Below, one piece after another: positions 29,520 to 39,153 of a stretch of DNA of 64,000 nucleotides; within the stretch, counting starts at the first letter, position 1, and the number at the start of each line of letters is the position of its first letter. Made by a program: the position numbers and the translations under genes. Location of the stretch: the IMG/VR virus record IMGVR_UViG_2061766007_002263. One strand, written 5' to 3'. This DNA comes from a virus. Its lineage: Duplodnaviria > Caudoviricetes. The notes beneath the pieces are model-generated. The model was not told the DNA's origin. It saw only the letters and a list, made by a program, of their open reading frames with translations, and made no database searches.

Positions 29520-30437
29520 TTATCCTTTAGGAAATATACCGTCAGTAGTCAGTCCATTAGGCAATTTGCCATATAGTGCCAATGCAAGCCGCATGGCTTC
29601 CGTTGAGATTTCTTCCATGCCGTAAAAGTCTGCTATAGTCCTTGCCACACGTATAATTGAATTCTTCGTAGGTACATAAAACTCATTCTCATACTGGCTT
29701 CTGGCAAGCAAACCAGTCGCACTTATGCTCATCCGACAGAACTCTTTCTGTTCCGTTACGGAAAGCTGGCTGTTGAGTTTACCCTGCCGTTTGTACTGTG
29801 TTTCATAAGCCTTGGCTATTTTATCACGCAGATACGAAAACGTCCAGTTTGCGTCCGGCTCTAGCTCCCATAAATCCTTGGCTGCCGTAAAATACTGTTT
29901 GTCATTATAAAAGTCAATGCGTATAGCTATTCTGTCAAGCCAATATCTGCTGAACTTCGCCCAAAATGTTTTGGTTTTTTTATAGAAGCGTTTACAAGTC
30001 TTGTTACATCTTCCATTACAACAACTTGTATCTATTACTAGCTGAAAATTGTTTTCAGATAAGTCTTTCAGTTTATAAAATGTTTTTTTCGAGAAGTCCT
30101 CACCGTTCTCAAAATAAAGTATGCCTTTGTCCGCTAGAACTACTTCCCGTTCAAGCCGTTTCTTTTCTGTATAGAACCTGAATGGTCTTGCAAAACTGTC
30201 CGACATTTCTTCGCCAACATCAATATAAGTCTGTTTTACTTCTTCTATTTCGTTTTTAAGCAGTTTAGGCTGAAGATATCGCATGAGCCTTGCAATTTTA
30301 GGTCTGTTTGGATTCCCGAAAACAAGAAAATTATGCCGACCCGCCACAGCTACAGCCACAGCGAATTTCACTACTTCCCGACCGGCTAAATCATCAAATC
30401 CTTCATAAATACCGTTATCGAAATCAGATTTTTCCAT
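29520..30437 (-). CDS. degenerate ComM/YifB-like (Mg-chelatase family) AAA+ protein
   Basis: AVAGRHN, RPFR, LDRIAIR, QYKRQGKLN, RVARTIAD retained; Walker A and B lost. Confidence 0.75.
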   Translation of the reverse strand: MEKSDFDNGIYEGFDDLAGREVVKFAVAVAVAGRHNFLVFGNPNRPKIARLMRYLQPKLLKNEIEEVKQTYIDVGEEMSDSFARPFRFYTEKKRLEREVVLADKGILYFENGEDFSKKTFYKLKDLSENNFQLVIDTSCCNGRCNKTCKRFYKKTKTFWAKFSRYWLDRIAIRIDFYNDKQYFTAAKDLWELEPDANWTFSYLRDKIAKAYETQYKRQGKLNSQLSVTEQKEFCRMSISATGLLARSQYENEFYVPTKNSIIRVARTIADFYGMEEISTEAMRLALALYGKLPNGLTTDGIFPKG

Positions 30438-30534
30438 TAGCGTTTTATTATAGTCATGGATTATATCCATCCTTCAAAAATAAAAAACCGACCCAACAAA
30501 AAGTCGAATCGGTTGTGAAATTATTTCAAGCAAA

Positions 30535-30825
30535 TCAGATGACATACTGATTGAAAATAGCGTTTGAAATCTCCCAAATCATGCACGGAACAGATTCATT
30601 AGATACCCCGACACTCAGCTCATTTTTCGTTACGAACTCGTCATCTTTTCCAAGATTATGAGTGAAATCAAAGCTAATTAAACCCAAATCATAGTCCACT
30701 CTGGACAACGATAGCCCATGCACCATGCGTTTTGCAAGCTGGTCTATAAGTTTGAGCGTACTATCATCAATAATGTCCATAGCAGGGCGGTCTATGTCCT
30801 TTCTAATAATCTCCACGTTGTCCAT
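30535..30825 (-). CDS. hypothetical protein
   Basis: upstream sigma70-like TTGATG-N17-TATTAT instead of the GGATA motif. Confidence 0.72.
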   Translation of the reverse strand: MDNVEIIRKDIDRPAMDIIDDSTLKLIDQLAKRMVHGLSLSRVDYDLGLISFDFTHNLGKDDEFVTKNELSVGVSNESVPCMIWEISNAIFNQYVI

Positions 30826-30910
30826 GTTTCCCTCTTTATGCCATAATAATTATTTGTCCTTTAGACATCAAAAAAGCAACCGTTCAATCGGTTGCATTTA
30901 ACGATTACAG

Positions 30911-31297
30911 TCAGTCAAACAAATCCGCAAGTTCTTCTGCAAGTCTGTCATAGGAACAGAAATAATTTGCACCGCCACAACAATCATTCTCATTCGCGGC
31001 GGAGCGATAAAGAACTTTGTCAAACCAGTGACCACAAATGTTATAACGGACGTCCCCTATGTGTACATAGGCGTATTTGTTGTCTTTTTTCAAGAGAGCA
31101 GAATACTCAAAGTATCCACCGTGGAACTTTACAAGTTCGGCTCCCGCTTTTTTAGCAATAGACTTCATTTCCTTTCTTGCGATAGGAAGAAATTCACCTT
31201 TGAAAAAGTTTGCGTGTGGGTAGTCGCCATAGTATTTCGGGTCTACATTGCAATTCTCAAAGTCGTAGTCCTTGAAAGATTTTACTGTTTTAGCCAT
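30911..31297 (-). CDS. hypothetical phage protein
   Basis: RBS; motif 31325. Confidence 0.8.
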   Translation of the reverse strand: MAKTVKSFKDYDFENCNVDPKYYGDYPHANFFKGEFLPIARKEMKSIAKKAGAELVKFHGGYFEYSALLKKDNKYAYVHIGDVRYNICGHWFDKVLYRSAANENDCCGGANYFCSYDRLAEELADLFD

Positions 31298-31393
31298 TGT
31301 CTTTATCTCCTTATGGTTTTACTATTATAGCCTTTTGATAGTTCTATCCTGTGAATAGAATAAAAGCCGACACATAAGGTTGGCTGTTATCTT

Positions 31394-31771
31394 TTAGCAA
31401 GGCTTAATTTCGGCTTTGAAAAAGGCTTTTATTTCGTTGTAGTAACCGATTGCCTCGCGGAAATCTGTAAAGAACTTTTCGTTCTGTTGATAACCACGGT
31501 TCGCAATCGTAACATCCACATAGTAAACAACATTATAAGTGTCATTGATTGATTCCAAGATACCCATACTGCTTGAATTCACAACGTCACCAAGACCAAT
31601 CTGTGTCATGTGAATGTCAAACACACCCCAGTCACCTTCAATTGTATGTGACGCTACAGTCTGTGCCAAATAATGTGGTTCTTCACGTTCGATAAAGCCT
31701 TCGTCTTTAAGTTTTTTGTATTCCCCTTTTTCAAGTTTCAAGAATACCAACTGATTTCTTTTAAGTTCCAT
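31394..31771 (-). CDS. hypothetical protein
   Basis: RBS; motif 31798. Confidence 0.78.
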   Translation of the reverse strand: MELKRNQLVFLKLEKGEYKKLKDEGFIEREEPHYLAQTVASHTIEGDWGVFDIHMTQIGLGDVVNSSSMGILESINDTYNVVYYVDVTIANRGYQQNEKFFTDFREAIGYYNEIKAFFKAEIKPC

Positions 31772-31841
31772 AGTCTTATCTCCTTATACAATTATTATTA
31801 TAATGTCGAGGAGTTTTTATCCCGACAATGTATCTAAAATC

Positions 31842-32153
31842 TTAAAAGAAATCCTCAATGTTTTTATAATGATTGGGAATGTTCACATTATCATTAAAGT
31901 TATTTAGGATATGAACCAATGTGGCTTCAAGTGTAGGGTATCTTCTTCCAACAGTGCCACCTTTCCACTCACCATTGAACAGTGTTTTACCGTCTACTCT
32001 CCAAGGTGTATTAGGACAATATGGCGCATTTTCATACTGAATTTCCAATTCAAAGGAAACGTCAGAATATGGAATTTTGTGAACTGTTTTATACGTTTCA
32101 CCCGCTTCCCAAGAGGGCTTCTTCAATATTTTAATAATTTCTGTCTTTTCCAT
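31842..32153 (-). CDS. hypothetical protein
   Basis: ORF. Confidence 0.72.
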   Translation of the reverse strand: MEKTEIIKILKKPSWEAGETYKTVHKIPYSDVSFELEIQYENAPYCPNTPWRVDGKTLFNGEWKGGTVGRRYPTLEATLVHILNNFNDNVNIPNHYKNIEDFF

Positions 32154-32162
32154 TTCTAACTC

Positions 32163-32498
32163 TTACAAGTTGAAAACTACTTTCTTTTTCTTTCCACAAC
32201 AGTTCTGCCGAAGTGATACATTATCTGCTCCGTACAACCAAAGGTTGTAGATTTCGTTATAATCACCGTCTGCATACATTTCTGCCAATGCACAGAATAC
32301 ACGCTCACGGACAATTGAATCACCCACATCCATAAGGTCGTAAATGTCCTTTCCTTTTTTCATTCCGTTAAAGGCTTGTGAAAAAGTGAGCTTAGGATTG
32401 ATTTTCGCACCAAGCTCGTCTGTCTTGTATGCTTTCATGTAGTAATCACGAACAAACGAAGTCTTTTTCCAAACTGGCTTTCCAGACCATTCTGCCAT
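32163..32498 (-). CDS. hypothetical protein
   Basis: RBS; motif 32526. Confidence 0.78.
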   Translation of the reverse strand: MAEWSGKPVWKKTSFVRDYYMKAYKTDELGAKINPKLTFSQAFNGMKKGKDIYDLMDVGDSIVRERVFCALAEMYADGDYNEIYNLWLYGADNVSLRQNCCGKKKKVVFNL

Positions 32499-32732
32499 AG
32501 TATTTATCTCCTTATGGTATAATTATTATAACCTTACAAGATTTTTATCCTGGCAACTTAATACGCAAGTTCTTGATAGTTATCCTTAAAAATGTATCAT
32601 AAAACACAAGTTTTTGCGTATTAAAAAAGCTGAGTTTTTAGCCTAACCCTTAATCTCTTTTTCCATAGTTTTCTCTTTATGGCTTATCTATTATAACCCT
32701 GCCAGTCTTTTATCCTAGCAAGGTTATTTATC

Positions 32733-33302
32733 TTAAGCAAGACCTTCTTTTTCTCGCCAAGCCTTTTCTTTTTCTGCGTATTCTTTCTGACGAGTTATTT
32801 CAGATTTGTATTGCCATTCCCAATTGTGTTCTTCGTCAGTCCAAGCGTGTCCGATTGTCTGTCCGTTGCTTCCACCCTCTTGACTGTTGTAGGAATAATT
32901 GATAGACATTCCATAGCCAACATTTGGGCAAAGTTTAGAAAAGTCTTCTTCTGAACCATAGTAACCTTTCTTGTTACGCTTGTACCAAAAGTTTCCACCA
33001 AAATTGGTAATTCGCATTTCTTTCCAAGCGTTCCAAAGAATTGTAAACTTGCTTGCAAAGTCTTCGCTTTCGATTTCCAAGTAGTATTCGCCACGGCTTT
33101 CAATCCATTCATACTTAAACTTTAAGTCAATCTTGCTTTCCTTGCAAATCTGCGAAATTAACTGTGGAAGATTTTCAAGCATTTTCTGCTTGCCGATTTC
33201 AACACGCTTTTTACAGTCGTCACGGTAAGCGTCCATTAACTTGCACTGTTCCAAGCCGTAGTGTTCAATAGCCCACTCATCTTCTGCGTACTTATCTTTC
33301 AT
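32733..33302 (-). CDS. hypothetical protein, paralogue of 37319..37948
   Basis: shared GGSNG..(I/L)GHA...W. Confidence 0.82.
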   Translation of the reverse strand: MKDKYAEDEWAIEHYGLEQCKLMDAYRDDCKKRVEIGKQKMLENLPQLISQICKESKIDLKFKYEWIESRGEYYLEIESEDFASKFTILWNAWKEMRITNFGGNFWYKRNKKGYYGSEEDFSKLCPNVGYGMSINYSYNSQEGGSNGQTIGHAWTDEEHNWEWQYKSEITRQKEYAEKEKAWREKEGLA

Positions 33303-33510
33303 AAGTACCTACCTTGTCGCCATATTCATAGCCCATAATACCGTGTTCAACATTACGAGCATCGTCAAATGGACTGTTTGCAACAATTTCTGCAACTGCT
33401 ATCGGCATACCATCTTTTTGGTCTGTCCTAGCGTGAATCCTTACACCGTACTGCTTGCAGAGTTTGTCAAGTTTATCAACAAATCTGTCAAGTTTTACAC
33501 TGTCTTTCAT
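33292..33510 (-). CDS. hypothetical protein
   Basis: RBS; motif 33536. Confidence 0.72.
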   Translation of the reverse strand: MKDSVKLDRFVDKLDKLCKQYGVRIHARTDQKDGMPIAVAEIVANSPFDDARNVEHGIMGYEYGDKVGTYER

Positions 33511-33629
33511 AGTTTAATCTCCTACATAACCAAGATTATAACCTTGTTGCTTCTTTATCCTGTATGTATAAATTTCGAGTTCAAATCTAAATTTAAAAAT
33601 CCCTAGAAAAAACTAGGGATTTCTAGTGG

Positions 33630-34268
33630 TTATCTGTTATGATTTCTCCAACTGCCTTTTTGAATAATCAGTTCTTTCGGCTTATTTTTAATAAAAACAC
33701 GGTAACACTTGCCGAATTTATCAGCTTCTACATAATCGATGTCGTTCAGTTTTACGGTCTTGAAACCTTTATACTTATTGACGATTGAAAGCACTTTTGG
33801 TGTTGCCTTGAATTTATACATTTTATTTATGCCAGAACTCTCACAACGGTCATAGTGTTTTTTGTCGGCGGCGGTAACAATCTTCAAGTCTTTTACATAG
33901 GAAGTATTGTTGTCCATTTCGTAAACACTATGCTTTCTGTCAAGCAAGTAGTACGTCTGCTTGTTGACAAGTTTACCAGAGCCGTTCCAAAGCGTATCAC
34001 CACGAACATTTTCAAAATCTTCTTCGACAATGTTCAAAGTATCAACTGTCGAATATAGCTTCAAGTCCGCACCACTTATATAATAAACGCTCATGTAGAT
34101 TCTACGAACAGTCTTTCCACCGTCTTTTGTCAAATCCATTTTGCCGAATTCGCCTTGTGTGCCTCTCATTGTCTTTGCATTAAAAACATAGCCTTCCACA
34201 AGCAATTCAGAAAGTCTATCAGTATAAGACTTGACGATTTCCTTTAACTTGATAATTCCATTTTCCAT
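33630..34268 (-). CDS. hypothetical protein, paralogue of 28817..29476
   Basis: start moved to MENG, downstream of motif 34297. Confidence 0.8.
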   Translation of the reverse strand: MENGIIKLKEIVKSYTDRLSELLVEGYVFNAKTMRGTQGEFGKMDLTKDGGKTVRRIYMSVYYISGADLKLYSTVDTLNIVEEDFENVRGDTLWNGSGKLVNKQTYYLLDRKHSVYEMDNNTSYVKDLKIVTAADKKHYDRCESSGINKMYKFKATPKVLSIVNKYKGFKTVKLNDIDYVEADKFGKCYRVFIKNKPKELIIQKGSWRNHNR

Positions 34269-34361
34269 AGTGTTTTGTCTCCTTGCACTTACAAAATTAT
34301 AACCTTGCAGAGTTTCTATCCTGTTAGTACGAATCACTTCCGAAGATAACTTTACCATTTG

Positions 34362-34622
34362 TCATTTTTTCAAAAGGTCAAGAACTTCGTCACGAACTTC
34401 TGAAACAGAATCTTCCAATTTATCTACGTCAAGTTTTACACCAAAGATTTCTGCAAGTGTATTAAAGGCATCACGAACCTTGTCACAAAGTTCATCTTCA
34501 TAAGCCAAGCAAGTTCCGACCAAAAAATACTTCTTTCCGTCTTTTTCAACGGTCATTGTTTCACACTTGCGAAGTTCACTTGCCTTGTTCTGCATCATTT
34601 CTCTTACAGTAAGTTTTTTCAT
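34362..34622 (-). CDS. hypothetical protein
   Basis: start moved to MKKL, downstream of motif 34648. Confidence 0.75.
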   Translation of the reverse strand: MKKLTVREMMQNKASELRKCETMTVEKDGKKYFLVGTCLAYEDELCDKVRDAFNTLAEIFGVKLDVDKLEDSVSEVRDEVLDLLKK

Positions 34623-34686
34623 AGGTATCTCCTTTTCAATAAAAAAATTATAACCTTGCAAGATTTCTATCCTGCAAGGTTATTTC

Positions 34687-34872
34687 TTACCACTGACCAC
34701 TTAAATCTTCATAAGTGTCGTTATCTTCAACGCTTACTGTTTCAATGTATTCCGCATTATTCTCCAACGCGGCGGAAGAAAAAATCGGGATTTCTTCAAA
34801 CTTTGCTTTGACCTCGCCCAGGTCCTTTCCTTCAATCACGATTTCACTTTTGAATGTTATGCGGACTTTCAT
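34687..34872 (-). CDS. hypothetical protein
   Basis: GAGG RBS. Confidence 0.7.
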   Translation of the reverse strand: MKVRITFKSEIVIEGKDLGEVKAKFEEIPIFSSAALENNAEYIETVSVEDNDTYEDLSGQW

Positions 34873-34955
34873 TAAAACCTCACTACTTCAAATCGGTCAT
34901 AAACATCGGCACCTGCAAAAGCGTAGCCGTCATAGTTTTCTTTAATTACAAACAT
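34872..34955 (-). CDS. hypothetical peptide (27 aa)
   Basis: MFVIKENYDG...; RBS; TAATG coupling to next gene. Confidence 0.45.
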   Translation of the reverse strand: MFVIKENYDGYAFAGADVYDRFEVVRF

Positions 34956-34969
34956 AGCGATTCTTCCTT

Positions 34970-35221
34970 TTATACTCTTCCAACTTCTTTTTCGTATACG
35001 CTACAAGCACCCATAACAAAATTATGAAGTTTTGTAAAGTCCACGCTGTCGTTGCTTACAATAAAAGACGGAACTGGACAAAGCAAATCGTCATCGACAG
35101 TCCAAAGATAGAACTTCTTATCATTGTCGTCTGATTGTTTCCGTCTGACTTCGTATTCCCAATTATTGTCGCTTACAAAGTGAATGGTAAGGTTAAGAAG
35201 GAAAATGTCCTTTTTGTCCAT
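34970..35221 (-). CDS. hypothetical protein
   Basis: start moved to MDKK, downstream of motif 35250. Confidence 0.74.
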   Translation of the reverse strand: MDKKDIFLLNLTIHFVSDNNWEYEVRRKQSDDNDKKFYLWTVDDDLLCPVPSFIVSNDSVDFTKLHNFVMGACSVYEKEVGRV

Positions 35222-35296
35222 TGTCGTTAATCTCCTTATGTTTTTGTAATTATAGCCTTGCATTAGGCTTATCCTGACACAAGGCTATTTTTCAGA

Positions 35297-35593
35297 TTAA
35301 TTAAGTCCGTTTACGTCTTCTCTTTGGTCGATACCGACTACGGAAATTGCACTACGAACCTCATCATAGAATTCTTCGGTAGTACAAATCGTCTCAAAAT
35401 AATGAATGTTTTTGTTTACAGTCATATACATATCGTCTTGTTCCTCAACAGAAAGGTCGTCCCAAGTAATCTTACCTTCCATAATTTCGTCAAAATCACG
35501 GATAAGGTCGTCCTTATCAAAAACGACATAATCCATTACGTCCTCAAATACTTCTGCTGGCTCTCCGTTTTCAAAGTCAATCGTAATTTTCAT
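35297..35593 (-). CDS. acidic hypothetical protein
   Basis: motif 35622. Confidence 0.75.
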   Translation of the reverse strand: MKITIDFENGEPAEVFEDVMDYVVFDKDDLIRDFDEIMEGKITWDDLSVEEQDDMYMTVNKNIHYFETICTTEEFYDEVRSAISVVGIDQREDVNGLN

Positions 35594-35657
35594 TGTTTCT
35601 TTTCTCCCTACGATATTTTTATTATAGTCCTATTAAGTTTGTATCCTTTAAAAACTC

Positions 35658-35963
35658 TCAACAATAAAAGTCAAACGCTCCGATACCACCATGTTCGTCT
35701 ATGATTGTATTGATTTTCTGGTCAAAGGTCATGTCTTTTTTCCGGTCCTTGTCGCTCTTAAACACATTGTAGCCAAAATCCTCAATTGTGGCGCATACCA
35801 GATAGCTTATGTTACTAATGTCCGTTTCTATCGGCTCTGGACGCTTTAAAACGGCATATGCAATCCAGTCCATGTCGCACCATTCTGATTTCGGCATATT
35901 TTCGTATTCCTCAACAGAATTAAGAGGTGTCCACTGTCCATAAGCGTTTACTGTCATTGACAT
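35658..35963 (-). CDS. hypothetical protein
   Basis: RBS AGGAG; motif 36033. Confidence 0.75.
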   Translation of the reverse strand: MSMTVNAYGQWTPLNSVEEYENMPKSEWCDMDWIAYAVLKRPEPIETDISNISYLVCATIEDFGYNVFKSDKDRKKDMTFDQKINTIIDEHGGIGAFDFYC

Positions 35964-36073
35964 GGTTTTAATCTCCTATCGCTATTTAAGCTTATCTTTT
36001 AATTTCTGCATATTTTCATTACTTTTAAAAAATTATAGTCTTACAAGGTGTCTATCCTTGCAAGACTTAATCT

Positions 36074-36688
36074 TTACTCCGCCGCAACCCCAATCACATA
36101 GTATTTGTGAATCTCACGGACAACCGTTCCGTTCTTTACGGATTTGGGCATAGATTTTACATTTTTGGAAACAATACTGAACTCTGCCTTTTCTTCCGAA
36201 CCAGATACAAGAACTTTTGACTTTTCCCACCAAGCGAATCCATTATTTTCAAGAACATAGTTTTTCGCTTTTTTGTCCGCAAGCTCTTGTGTCTTTTCAG
36301 TACTTAATGTTTTCGTATGTCCGTTATTGTCTTCCGTGTAGACAGAAAACATTGTCTGATAGACTGGCTTATTGTTACTAGAACGCTTTGTTTTTTTCAC
36401 AGACCAGACTTCATAGCCGACAATACCCAAGTCCATCGCTTCGCAAGACCATTTCGCCACATTATTACATACGTTGTCAATCATTTCGGCATACTTTTTC
36501 TGTCTCATGAAGTTTTTCAGATTTGTTTCAGTACACTTGTCAAAGACTTTATGTATCTTTTTCAAGTTTGAGCAAGTGTTCCAATCACCACTGTAAATAT
36601 CGTTACTGTCAGACCATGAATCAATTTCATTTGAGTTTAAAAAGCCTTTTGGCAGTTTAACCATTTTAGTAATAATACGAGCACCCAT
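36074..36688 (-). CDS. hypothetical protein, paralogue of 14453..15067
   Basis: see paralogue; motif 36718. Confidence 0.85.
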   Translation of the reverse strand: MGARIITKMVKLPKGFLNSNEIDSWSDSNDIYSGDWNTCSNLKKIHKVFDKCTETNLKNFMRQKKYAEMIDNVCNNVAKWSCEAMDLGIVGYEVWSVKKTKRSSNNKPVYQTMFSVYTEDNNGHTKTLSTEKTQELADKKAKNYVLENNGFAWWEKSKVLVSGSEEKAEFSIVSKNVKSMPKSVKNGTVVREIHKYYVIGVAAE

Positions 36689-36931
36689 AGTACTTTATCT
36701 CCTTATGTCCTCATGGATTATATAGTTATTAAGCTTTTATCCTCGAAACGCTTGCAAACTTACCACGACAATTATCTTTTAGTGAAACGTTGTACGCTCC
36801 GTTAAACCCTAAGTTGTAGACTTCACCGTAGTTATTGTTGGTATAATCTTGCAAAGACTTTATTCCCCAAGAAAAAAAACTCCGTCAAACCTTGTAGAAA
36901 GTCTGACGGTTTATGTGTAGCAAAAAAATCC

Positions 36932-37204
36932 TTACCAACGATAGATTTCTTTCAAAGGTCCTTTACGCTTCTTTGTCTGTCCGAAATGCGTTACATGATA
37001 ATAGCCACACTCTTTACAGTAGTATTTCCTTTTAGGCTTGTCATTGCCCCTTCCGATATGCGAGGAAGTCCGATGTCCTTTCAATCTTGCGAGCTGTTCA
37101 CCTGCTTCACGCTCCGTAAGGCACTGTTTTCCACATACGCAATACCGTACCTTAGACTGACCGAAATCTCCAATAAAATCTTTCATAGTCCTATACTTTG
37201 CCAA
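36932..37204 (-). CDS. basic zinc-finger protein
   Basis: CVCGK...YYCKECGYYHVT. Confidence 0.7.
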   Translation of the reverse strand: MAKYRTMKDFIGDFGQSKVRYCVCGKQCLTEREAGEQLARLKGHRTSSHIGRGNDKPKRKYYCKECGYYHVTHFGQTKKRKGPLKEIYRW

Positions 37205-37318
37205 GATAACCGATTGTTACTATGACCACCTGAATCTATCTCAGCTTGCAAAATAAAGGCAGTCAAGCCTACTTAAAAAAACTTTGTGAACCACCGAAAA
37301 AAATCGGTGGAATTATCA

Positions 37319-37948
37319 CTATTTTTTGTTAGGAATTTCAGAATCCCAAGCCAACTGACGCTCGAAATCTTCCTTGTTGCGTTCAAGCCGTCTTGCTTTT
37401 TCAGTTTGGATTTCCCAACCCTTTTCTTTAGAAAAGAAAGCGTGTCCGAGTTCTATGCCGTTAGAACCACCACCCCACATTTTAAGTGAATAGTAGATGT
37501 CGATTGAAAATCCGATTTCCGCGTCTTTTGAAGTATCAATGTCCTCGTATTCCCAACCACCATAGTACTTTTGTTTTGCGCCTTTCTTACCAGAGAAACG
37601 AATCCAAGTATAACCGTAGTTAAAGTTTCCGACAGTGATTTCCTCAAATGCCGCGTTAAGATAAAGGCTTTCTTTGTTAAGATTCTGGCTTTCATAGCTT
37701 ATGCCCAAACCATTTCTGCCGTGAACGACTTTGAAATCAAAGTTACAATTAAACCCAAAAGTCTTGTTGATAAGGTCGAAAAGACCTCTCATGATTCCGC
37801 TTGAATAATCCGCAATTTTTGCGAACAACTCTTCTTCACGGTGGATTTGTCCGTTATACCAGTCAACAAATGAATCCGTCCATTCTTTACCGTTCTTTTT
37901 AAGAAGGCCAGCATAAATAGAGCCGCTTTTTTCGATTCTTAATGTCAT
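37319..37948 (-). CDS. hypothetical protein, paralogue of 32733..33302
   Basis: motif 37978. Confidence 0.82.
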   Translation of the reverse strand: MTLRIEKSGSIYAGLLKKNGKEWTDSFVDWYNGQIHREEELFAKIADYSSGIMRGLFDLINKTFGFNCNFDFKVVHGRNGLGISYESQNLNKESLYLNAAFEEITVGNFNYGYTWIRFSGKKGAKQKYYGGWEYEDIDTSKDAEIGFSIDIYYSLKMWGGGSNGIELGHAFFSKEKGWEIQTEKARRLERNKEDFERQLAWDSEIPNKK

Positions 37949-38033
37949 TGTATCATAATCTCCTTACGGTTTACTTATTATAGTCTTACTTCAAGGCTAT
38001 CCTTAAAAGCCATAGCCTTGAAGTTTTCAAGGA

Positions 38034-38471
38034 TTATTCCTCAAATGGAATTCCATTATCAGAACAGTATTCCTGAATCGTTTTCAACGGAACACGGATA
38101 AGTTCCGACTGCCGCTCATTTATGTCAACGAGCCTTTGATACAAGCTGCTCTTGTCAGTAGCTAAAGGCTGGTCAACATAACTGCGCTCAACAATCTTCC
38201 AGCCCTTAATGTAATAAGTTCCGTTATCGTCTCCGTTTGCAAGGTTCGAATAAACGTCTACCCCAAGCGAAAGACCATCTCCGAAAAAATTCCCTATGAC
38301 AGTCGTAAGATATGCCCAACCATAGTCGTCACCCGTAGGCTCACGGAAACCTTTCATTTCACAATACGCAAGGAACGCTTCGATACTCTCAACACCACCG
38401 TTCCAGTGAACATAAATGCCGACACCTTTTTCCCTTTCAATCGCACTTGCGATAATAGCCCGGTTTCCCAT
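38034..38471 (-). CDS. conserved phage protein (GIYxHWNGG type)
   Basis: MGNRA...GIYVHWNGG; RBS. Confidence 0.8.
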   Translation of the reverse strand: MGNRAIIASAIEREKGVGIYVHWNGGVESIEAFLAYCEMKGFREPTGDDYGWAYLTTVIGNFFGDGLSLGVDVYSNLANGDDNGTYYIKGWKIVERSYVDQPLATDKSSLYQRLVDINERQSELIRVPLKTIQEYCSDNGIPFEE

Positions 38472-38488
38472 AAAATTGCTCCTTTTTA

Positions 38489-38767
38489 TTAAGAAGGTAT
38501 CTTAATACCTTCCAGATAACCTTTATTTTCCCATTCATTCGGAATGTCGTACTCTTCAAGTTCTTTTGCTTCAAGCACACGGTCAAGATAAACAACCGTC
38601 AATGTGTTGGACAACAATACGGAACGTATGACCCCGACATCTTTAGGAAGCGTCATGGGTCCCAGTCCATGTTTCAGTACATACTGGAATCCTTTTCCGG
38701 CTTTCTTGCCGTAAGAAATACGGTCTGGGTCACCATTACCTTTCCTATCTACAAGCACAAATGCCAT
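38489..38767 (-). CDS. hypothetical protein
   Basis: RBS GAGG. Confidence 0.72.
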   Translation of the reverse strand: MAFVLVDRKGNGDPDRISYGKKAGKGFQYVLKHGLGPMTLPKDVGVIRSVLLSNTLTVVYLDRVLEAKELEEYDIPNEWENKGYLEGIKIPS

Positions 38768-38783
38768 TTTCTCGTTTCCTCTT

Positions 38784-39059
38784 TTAGCTTATACGGCAGA
38801 ACTGAATCTCGCCCTCGAACAATGCGCTGTCGAAAAGTGCCTGTGATTCTTCAGAAGTGTATTCGTTGCAGAAGTCTTCGAACTCTTTTTCTCCCACCAA
38901 ATCAAAAAACTTTGTTGCATAATCATAGCTTGTGGCGAAGACTACCTCGTAGGATTCCTCGTCATTCTCGACCACGAAAATAAACTGCGCAAGTTTATGG
39001 CAGACTGGTATTTCCTTATAGTCCCAAGTATTGACAAGCTCCTTATAGCTTTTTTCCAT
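38784..39059 (-). CDS. acidic hypothetical protein
   Basis: RBS; motif 39088. Confidence 0.75.
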   Translation of the reverse strand: MEKSYKELVNTWDYKEIPVCHKLAQFIFVVENDEESYEVVFATSYDYATKFFDLVGEKEFEDFCNEYTSEESQALFDSALFEGEIQFCRIS

Positions 39060-39153
39060 AGTTGTTTATCTCCTTACATTCTACAGATTATTCTCTTGTC
39101 TAGCGTCTATCCTTCAAAAATAAGGTGGCTGTTTGAGCCACCTTTATAATTAT

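Noticed and set aside
27295-35263. Track starts at 27375, 30470, 34358, 34661 and 35263
   Set aside because: These N-terminal extensions read through the promoter element (e.g. the recurring QGYN), so downstream starts were used.
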